DNA from: Catajapyx aquilonaris
Lineage: Eukaryota
Assembly: GCA_000934665.2 (NCBI GenBank)
Contig: JYFJ02001993.1
Location: forward strand, 44,862-64,861
Direction of reading: 5' to 3'
DNA: 20,000 nucleotides
Shown here: one piece after another, positions 1 to 9,800 of the stretch
How the letters are laid out: each line of letters opens with the position of its first letter
Position numbering within the stretch: the first letter of the stretch is position 1
The notes under the pieces: generated by a model
The model's input: the letters and a program-made list of their open reading frames with translations, nothing else
Database searches by the model: none
Told to the model about the DNA's origin: nothing
Position numbers and translations under genes: made by a program

Positions 1-653
1 ATGCCACCTAACGACGAATATCATGCAGTAACTGGCGGGTTCGAAATATGGCTAGAGTATGGGCTAGAGGCAGGTTTCATTTTAGATATAAAGAGACAAC
101 AGTTATAAGATGTCAACTAGACGTTGAATATGGGATGAAAGCACGTCAGACTTAATTCGGCTTGTGGCGTTTTTTGGGCATATATCGAGCCTTGTTGAAA
201 AAAATGAGAATAATAATGAAGCCAGAACCTCGAGGCTAGGAGAAGGCAACGCAACGCCTCTAAATCAGATCGTTTCCTCCTCGTTATTCTTCTCGGGTAG
301 GTGAAGTAGAAAGCATCTTGAAAGATCGATAGATCCGGATTTTTTTTATCTCTCGTTCGTGAGGTCCGCCGAAATATCGGTGCATATCGGTACACAAGAA
401 ACTTGTGTAAGTTTCTTGTCCGGAAGGGATAAATTGTAAGGGAAGGGTAATATTACACAAACGTTAAATTCTCAGAGTCACTATAATGTGCAAGCAAGCC
501 TTATGAATATGTAAGGTGGTGGTTATGAGCTCAGTACACCATGAACTTTGTAATAACTTGAGGCATAGGTAAGCACATTCCATGGTAATTCCTTGCTTGT
601 GGTAACTACGTATTTTTCATGAGTGTTGTAACAATGCTTTGATATTCTTTCAG

Positions 654-814
654 TGTGTGGCTGTCCATGGTCAGGGCTTCCAGTCCGGCGCATACAACTG
701 CCACTGTCTACCCAACTTCTACTTTCCGGATTCCAATGCTACCCACCACTATTTCACCGGAAGTGACGTGGAGGCTGCCTATATGCCTGGTTATGGCCTG
801 CCCCAAGAATACAG
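654..814 (+). CDS. GPR158: GPCR exon: EGF-like extracellular region (CVAVHGQGFQSGAYNCHCLPNFYFPDSNATHHYFTGSDVEAAYMPGYGLPQEY)
   Basis: ttctttcag acceptor, AG|gtaacc donor; 161 nt, phase 0 to 2. The true frame differs from the ORF-track 655..948 frame. Confidence 0.9.
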
Positions 815-3800
815 GTAACCAGATTCGGTTTTTTGGGCTTCCGAGACTCATGATGGGGCTCATAGGTTTTTCCCCGGAAATAGCTCGAATCATGCAAATT
901 GCTAGCCCCCGCCTGAATTTTGCGCCAACATGTTATATCCTTTGCTAGGGTGCTCGTCGATCTTGTTTGCCTGTGAAAAGAAGCGGAAAAGTTGCCAAGA
1001 GTTGCAAATTTGCAAGCGCGGAATGACTTATGGACTTGGGTTATGAGGACCCTCTGTAGGGTTTTTATCCGGCATTCTCGAACGAAATCACTGCAATCTT
1101 GGAGAATAATCTGGTCGAGATGGGGATTTTCCTTTTCTTTTTTTTTCTTTTTTTGGCTGTAAAATTTTATAAAAAGCTGGCGAAGCTGCCATAGCTGGCC
1201 TAAGGGGAGTCGAATCCTCACAGCTGACGACATGGCAAATGAATACCATCAAAGGCAAATCGAACCAAAGTGCATGTTCAATATGCTCTATTTATTCGCC
1301 AGGGAGCGACGGGTTTTAAATTAGAAGCGGATACAAACAAGAAATCGCCATTCGCTACCTACAACACATTTCCTTTAGAAATTTCTTCGTTCAACATTGT
1401 GATATTGTCGAGTGCTTTCCTGCTGAGATGGTCTTATAACCCTTGAGGGAGATGGGAAGAAACTCGTTATTAATGTTGAGCGCCAGAAGGAATCGATATG
1501 TTATGGCGCACATGCAGAAGGCTAATAAAAAGTACGACGGTTCTTTTGACCCGGAATGATAGCAAAAAAAAAAAAAACTTCCAGAACGATCGCGGTTTGT
1601 GACAAAAACTCTGACAGTTCATGAGGAAGATAGTGCAAGAATGCGAGCAATAACCCTTACAACGCGCGTAAATTTGACACAAGCATGGGGCGCAGACAGT
1701 ACTGGTATTTTTTGCTATATTTGTTCTGCTATCACCATCTATAGCATTGAGGAACGTCACCACATTTGCATAGTTTTTGTATCAATATCCTTGTCTTCAT
1801 AAGTGTGGATATTGTTTTGAATGTCGAATGGTACAACGATCAGTGAAACATGCATTGTCTTTTCATACAGATGTCTGCCCTGTCCTGCGTCGTGTCCCGG
1901 CTGCGGAGAAGGTCGTCTCTGCCTGGCTCAGCACGATTTCATCACGAGGAGTCTGCCCCTGGGAGTGCAGGCCCTTTGCATGACCGTCACCCTGATTCTT
2001 GCCCTGATAGTTTTCAAGCTGAGAAAATCGAAGGTAAGGCAACACTCCCTGAAATTGCGTTTATTGCTCTTTTAAGAGGTGCCTACTCTGCCCAATAACT
2101 GCTCACAATTCAATTGGGCCTCCGTCATAAAATGGTTATCTCCCCATAAAACTCTGCAGATCAACTTCCTGATTGCATTTCTATAAGTAGTGCAAGTACA
2201 AATCAATCGACGTGTATCTCATCTACCGTGTTCGTAATCAGCGCCATAATTGGGCTCGTAAAGCCAATGCGTGACATCAACGCCAAATGGTCAGTGTAAA
2301 AATGAAATGCGATGCCTGCACTGGAGTTGCCAACTTTTAGGGCCATTTTGAAGAAGCCATCGAGTTGATTATTGATTGTTTCAACCTGAGCAGCTCGAAA
2401 TTAACTAATTACTAATGTAGTATTTTCATATAAAATTGAACCATTTCGGTGCTTTACAAGAAGTTATCTACCGGGGACATCGCGGTGGTCACTGACAAGC
2501 CTAGCCTAAAATGTAATAAATAAAAATGCCACAGAATCGGGGAAACTTTCTCAGGAACGCATTTTGTAGCGTGTCAGTATTTGCAGCTTCAATAATGAAA
2601 ATGTTTTTTCTTGAAAAATGAAGGTAAAGCATGTTTTTGCAGTCAGTCCACATATTTCTGTTCCGGGCTTTAAAGTGACAGGGAAAAGTTGTTCAAACGT
2701 TCTGCGAACCGCTGCCCGAAATTGCTATACCCAAAAGCAGCGGGAAGCACGTTGGTTTTGGGTATTTTTGTCCTACCTCGCACTTAAAAATGTGTAGCGA
2801 CATAGTATTTGGGAGTTAATTGCAGGCCTTTTGCAGGGTCCCTTTTGCCTTTCCCAAGAGAGGTTTCCTGAGCGACATAGGTCCCTTTGAACAGGTCTAA
2901 ATCAAACATTGCGCACACTTTTGGTCCCACGAGGTACCCCCCTCCACATCTACCTCTAACCTTCGATCCTTCCAAATTAACAACATCAAGGTAGAAAGTT
3001 ACACTCTCTACAGTGGTCGTATGCTACGTGTTTTGTTTGTCTGAAGAGTCATCCTGCCGGTTATGTAACCCAAGCGCCTCTTTTGCCGTACGTGAGTTGG
3101 GATCGTCAGGCGAAGATTGTTGTCCAGTTGACATATTGGGACTGTGACACTTTTAAGTGCTGGAATTAACGCGGAGCACGATCTGCAGGTGAGGAGAGAA
3201 TAAATGGGATTTTAGGCAAAGTCTATTATCACTGAAGCTTGAAAAGCGAAGAGTGTTAGTTTTCACGTACTGTACTGTATGTCAAATCTCGCAGGCAGTG
3301 GCCAATACTGGGCCAATACGCCATGCTCTGAATGATGTGGCGTGTGTGCAAGTTAATGATGCGTTAATGTTTTTGTTAGATATCACATTCGTTATTGTGA
3401 ATTATTTCTTTTCATCATTAATATTGATTGATAGCTACACCGAGTCAGTGATGTTTTCTTTCCATATTGCTTTCATGTTACATGTATTTTACTGCCATTT
3501 ACATTATACGTCTATAATTATTTCATAACAGTGCTTAATGATCATGCACGGCGTTTTATGTGCGTATATTATGCAGATTAGACAATAATTATGTGTTCGT
3601 TTTTTTTACTGCATGGGCAATAGAAATGAACAGGCGGTTGGCTATTTCGAGTGTAGCCTATATGCGGAGTATTGCTGTAATGTTTAAGCATCATTATTAT
3701 GGTTATGAAGTATTTTAATTAAACATTCCAGTCAAGGATCATCTTCATTGAGTGTCATGACACATTTTCTTCTGTCGTTCTGGTTGTGAGTTACGTATAT

Positions 3801-6800
3801 AGCATTATCTCGTTTTCCATTTGGCTCTCCTGTTGGCAATGATTCTTTGTACTTTTCCTGCGTGATTACCCACTCCAGTTCTGACCATTTTGAAACAGTG
3901 ATCTGCGTTGACAAACCGACACCATTATACCTGTAGAGTACGTTTTGCTGCATTATTCCATTCTGTGTTTTTAGATAACGGCATACTGCTTTTGAAGGGA
4001 TGTAAGTTACGCGGGCTTATTTCTCAATCCTTTTTAAAATGATCATCAGTTATACGTACAAGTACAAACGAATATGGAAATGCGTAACTATGTTCAGTGA
4101 AATGGGGACATAGGGCGATGACAATGATTTGAGCTGTCAAACGCAACTTGTCGGCAAAATGAAAAGTCCTGTGGAGACTATCCCTGGTTTAACTCATCGA
4201 TTATGTCATATACGACTAGTACGGCTCACTGATTGATTATTGTTGTAATGCGGCAAAATTAGCAAAAGCTACGCCTTCCAAAACAAAGGTCGGAGTTTAT
4301 TTTTCCTCTTCATGCTGAAATTTAAAAAAGGATGCACAATATTTGGTTTGTTCTGTTATGGCAAATCAGATTTTTGGATAGAGACATGCCAACTGCGACA
4401 CTCATTTAGAACACAGCAACTAGAAACGAAAGGCAGGCAAAGTGTCACCAAGATTAAGAGCATGTCGACATGTCTGGAGTCCATTACTTGAGAGACTCGA
4501 GTTATTGCCTCTGTGTCAATACCCTACGGAGTAGTGAGTAAACAGTTGCTTCTTTTAGCAGGCTGTATATCTTCTATGCAATTGCTCCATGATCGCCTTA
4601 TTCTTTAGCCTGCCTCGGTACCATTTCCCACGTTTTGCAAAGAGTAAAGCTGCTCCATTGGAAAGATCCGCTGGCCTCGCATCTCATTATTATGTATGAT
4701 GTCCGGAATCGATTAAGGCCATTATGCATGTAGGGAAAGAACTGTAGCCTCTGTGTAAAAAGAGGCAATCTACGTGACTCGGTTTTTCCTGCAACTTTTA
4801 GAGTCTCTTGACAGTAAGAGAGATGAGTGCATGTGATGTCAATGATAGTTTATGTCGCGAAAGAGGGTTTCCCCTATTAGGATGAGGTTCAGAAAATCGG
4901 AAATCAATGCTTGCCGTCAGGTATGTACGTTGTAACTACCTAATTCAGCACCAGCGTGCTCCAATAACTGCAAATCAGCAGTTGCCGAATATGTCTGGTC
5001 AGAACTGCACGAAATTATCCGGAACTGTAAACAGTTTTGTCGATAACAGTGTACCGTAAGTATCGATCCATCTTGCGTATTATTACACACGTTGGGTAAT
5101 TTCTGTACAGAGCAAGGCAACATGTAGTGTTGAAATAATTATATTTATCTGGCCAAATGTTTCTTATGGCTCAGCACATAATGTCTTATGACAATTTGTT
5201 GACGCGGAACATGTTGCAGCGTTAGCGTAATTAACTACCCTTTATTTCACTGCAATTGATTTTGGTCGACAGTACTGTAAAGCCGTCGGCCTACCCACAC
5301 ACATTGTCGCTTTGGTTGAACCACTGCGTTGTATGTAACAGACTCCCAGATGTGCATTATCCAGTGCTTCTCGGGTGCGATGTTTATTTATCTATGGGCT
5401 TCAGAATATATTATGCGTACCGGTTTGCTTTATAGGAGGCCAATGTACTGAACGATGCTGCACCAAATCCAGGCCTAACACCTCGTTATATCTAATACTC
5501 TCTGTTTTTACTTATATTGTAAATAACTAAACAGTGTACTGTGTCCTTTCAAAACACCTTTAAACTTTGAAATCGGATTCCTTACATGTGGGAAATTTGC
5601 CCATCAAGTTTCTTTGCAAGAATTCCTTAAACCAGTGCCTAACTGACAAAGTTTCACCGTGAATAAGTCCATCTTTCTTCAAATAACCTGACGCATCTCT
5701 TGGTTGGACAGGCTTCTCTCGGATCATGAATATTTCCTGTGCAGTTTTCCTCGTTGTTTGCAGACGGCATATAACCTCAGACTTTCCGTGTTTGCCGTCC
5801 TTACTCGCAAAAACTCATAAGGCAGCTACAGTTGTGATATGCACAAAAAAAATATTTCCACCAGGATCTACTTTAAGTGAAAGCCTTCCCTGCTAAAGTT
5901 CAGGTGGCGGTGGATATTACAGTATTTCCTCTCATTAGCTCCGGGAAAGTGCAGCGTCTTGTTTAGCTTCCCCCACTCCCCATCCCCGGTACCTTTCTAA
6001 GCCTACATATACATGAATATGCATATCCTAAAAGATGATGGAAGCTGCTATTTCCGCTCTCGTGCTCCGTGATAGCCTTAACTATAGGAGACCTTTGCAA
6101 ACTTTGAACCCACCCTTGTTTCCCTCACAGTTTGTTCTGCCCTACCACTGAAACCCTTTCTCGGATGACCTTTTGCAAACAAATGGTTTCGAATTTTATG
6201 GGGATTAATACGATGTAATTAACTACCATTGTGTACACATGACTTTGCCTACTTGCGGCACTAAAAAGTGGTCAGGATGCGAAGTGTGTGTTCAAGCCGA
6301 AATTTTCTGGCTATTAAATTACCCCTGTTGCGCTCATGAGATCCGCATGTTCATAACCTCCTAATTTCGTTAAGTTCAAGCCGCAATTGAAGCTCGTGCA
6401 GTATAAGGCATTACCTAAACTCCAAAATTGCTCACCATAGAAGCAGGTGCCGCACCTGTCCATCATCCCTGATCTGCCTCTAAGCAGTTTCGCAATATTT
6501 AGCGACATGAGAGAGAAATTTTATAGCAGCCTTGCAACAAAGGCTGTTTACTCTTCGGTACCAGCAATAACGATCAAAAAAAATTAGATCGGTCGTAGAA
6601 TCTGTAATAAGTATAAATTCTCTTGTTCTCTGCAGGTGATGGCCAGCTCGATGTGGACCATGCTGGAGATGATTCTCCTGGGCGCTTTTCTCCTCTACAC
6701 TACGGTAAGTTTTTTTTAAAAAAACATGACCCCGAGGTGGTCACCACGTCGACAGGCAGCATCAATCACCTAGACGATGGCCACTTCGATACTACTTCTG

Positions 6801-9800
6801 GGTCGAAGAGTTTCTTTTGAGAAATGGCTACCGGAATGTTCAATACGGTCCACAATATTCTGCTCGGAGCTTAGTGGCCATAAATCTGTGCCTTTTGTAC
6901 CGTTTCTGGACCAGATCTAGCATCTTGAAGTGTGCTACTTGAAATGCACTTCAATCCGTCTCGGCTCGGATATTGCTTCAGTGATTGGTCACAAGTATGT
7001 TCATGAGATTCGAGGAAATATGGCGAGTGTCGGACCAAGTTGATTCAAAATGCCTAAAACCAGGCTTAAATCAGGGTTGAACTTTATAGCCATCCGGTGC
7101 GTGTGTGTCGGACAACCATGCGGGGTGATGTAGGAAGGTAGGGGTGTAAAAGATCAATAGTGTGGGTTTTAGCATGGGAAGAGGAGGCGTGTGTTGCGGC
7201 AGACTACTTCATTAGAGATCCGAGTAGAGTATAGTATCGTCTGAAAACTAGCAGGGCAACCCCTTAGTATAATCACCGGCTGTGCAATTAGGAGACACAG
7301 GAGAACTCAATTGGAGAACCCCCTCCGTTTTCCAGAAGATTGGTCGGGTTAGGGAATTAGGTTCCCTTTGTCGCCTCGTTCAATTTGACGATAGATTCGA
7401 ATCACTAGGAGGTCAAGGTCTCAATTTTCTTGGATGGTGACCGTTATAATGGTGTGGCCATAAGTTGTTAAGATGGCGTCGTAAGCACCCCCACCCTGCT
7501 TGGCGCCCTTCACCGGATCAGGTTTCAGAAATGATGATTGACGTCCTCGAGGCTCCTTGGCGGAAAACAAGACCTTTCTTTAGTTGAGAAAAACGATGGG
7601 AAGCCCTTCAGGGCGCCTCTCGCATCCGAGAAGCAAAACTTTCGGATTATTTTTGTACTCTTTGCATCATTTTAGATTAATTTGAAGCCTCTCCACTAGT
7701 GGAGCATTCAGAACTTTTGAGCTTGTTTTCTGAACTTGACGAATACGATACCCTTATGTCGCAGGATCAGATGAAAAGAGCTAAGGAACCTATAGTGTGA
7801 TGAGAAGTCTGCTGCAAATAATGTGGAAGTTTCCTATAAGAATTTACGTAACACAAAACGAAAAATGCAAAATTTGATTGGAGGTTAGCACTATTTAAGT
7901 TTCAGGACTATAGCCTACAGTGCAGAGTGCTGGAGATGCAGATTCTGGAGCTTTATACATTATCTTCAAATGTGGCGTAATAAGGAAAATGTTTGAAAAG
8001 TTAGCAGGACTCGACTTAATGCGGTCGTCAGCTGTCATTAGGGGACGCAGTTTTCTTTTGAAATGTCAGCTAGATGAGCAGTCAATTTCGCGGCTGCGGG
8101 AAAAAGTTGTGGAAATTAGCACTCCCCGTGCAGCCAATAGGAAGGCTTTGCTATTATCTTTAGTCCTTCTGAAGATCTTCCACTCCTCAGGAGGTCCTTT
8201 TTCCCTTCAAGGTTTAATAGAATGTATTCGTTAGACGCTCTTCTTGTGTATACCCTGAAATTACCAGAAATTGAGCTTGGCCAGTGTTGCGAGAGAGATT
8301 GTCAATTTTCGTGAAACACTGTGAGGTCCTAGAGGCGACAGGTCCCCTTCGCACCTAACAATAACTGAAGGGTGAGAGCTATAAGCTAGCGCATCGGTAC
8401 ATCTTACAGTTTGCTAGTGCACTCCACTCACCGCTTTATGCGACGTCAAGTTATCCCCGAGAGCGTGCTTGCCTTGCATCTGCCGTCTACAGTATATGCA
8501 TCATCTGAAGGAGTTTACACCCAGTATGAAGCACCCCGTTACTTTGGTGCATAGATCGCGTAGAATATAGGATCCAACAAGTAACATCCGAGATAAGGCT
8601 ATCAGCCCTAGGTTCTGATTGGTAAATATGTTTTTTTGCTATATAAAGTTAATTGTTTTGCGGCAACATGCGACCTGTATTTGGCCTGGTCAATATTATG
8701 CACACAGCAGGGTCGAGCTTGGGGAAATAACATAACCCCCTGCCTGCCCGCCCAGATCAGACGTCACACCACACATAATTGCGTATTTCCATTTGCGGTG
8801 ACCTGATCAACCGGCAGCCTCAACCCTCATTTGGGGACCGAACCACAGGATTGCAGATAGACACACACGTGCCCAAATTTTCGTTTTTGTGTCTGTGTTT
8901 TTTTGTAGATCCCTAGCTGAAATGCTCCATTAACCCCCGTCAACACGGATACTTTTAATCCCAGGTTCAAACCGGGATCAATTGGATGCTGCTCTTGAGT
9001 GCCGATAACTGCACATTTTGTATGCACTAGGAATTAATAGATGCATTTTCTTGTAGGTTATGGTGCGGTATTTTGAACCGAGAGTGTCGCTGTGCCTGCT
9101 CGCACCCTGGTGTCGTGAACTGGGATTCGCCATTTGTTACGGGGCCATTTTATTGAAGATATACAGGTAAGAACCTCGTCGTTTTAGGTTGTTGAAGACG
9201 TGATTTTCGCTGATAAATTTGGAGGACTTCATCTTAATTCATGAGACGTTACTTGTTGCTCAGCTGCTTCTCCTGTTATGGATGCAATTATGTCAATTAC
9301 GCTGCTTCACAGAGCTGTGTGCATGATGAACTGCCAGGGAAAGTTGAGAACTTTCCAGAGGGCTTTAGAAGTTTCTTTTCCCAGGACATTAGTGGAGTTC
9401 CGTACCCGCAAGGCCCATCGCTGGGTGATCAAGGACAAGGACTTGCTGAAGTACCTGTCTGGAATAATTGTGATAGTTACTGGGTACATGGCGGCCTGGA
9501 CGGCATCTACTTTGGACTACTTGAGAGATGGGCATAACGTCCTGGCTGAGGGTCACACCCCTGAAGGCACAAGTTACGCCGTGTGTCGTCCACTTTGGTG
9601 GGAGTACGTCACTGAAACTGGTATATAGGATGAAATCATTCAGCAGTGTTTGGTGATAAGTACATAATATAAGCAGTAGTTGAATATATTTTAACACTTC
9701 ATAAGGAGGTTGTAAGCTTCACTAATACATGTACAGTTGAAAAGCCCTGGCAATGTATCAAGTGACACATATGAAATCCAAAAATAAGCTGTTATGTGAG

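Noticed and set aside
754..1233. 159-aa minus-strand ORF and other short ORF-track entries in introns and the intergenic region
   Set aside because: They run through homopolymer tracts or antisense to real exons, with no recognisable domains or splice support.
1951..1965. 'VCPWE', the G-alpha-binding motif of vertebrate GPR158/179 tails, appears in an alternative frame of a GPCR exon (ORF 1777..1983)
   Set aside because: It is a by-product of the codons for S-L-P-L-G-V. Reaching this frame needs a phase-1 join that no visible exon provides, and the peptide would be extracellular. Treated as coincidence.
7100..7400. GC-rich stretch ending in ccctttgtcgcctcg, reminiscent of RTE-related repeats
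   Set aside because: Only a ~15-nt recalled similarity, with no boundaries, TSD or coding remnant; needs a repeat-library search.
8910..8980. tRNA or tRNA-derived SINE head (B-box-like cccaggttcaaaccggg)
   Set aside because: No cloverleaf and only a poor A box; insufficient to call.
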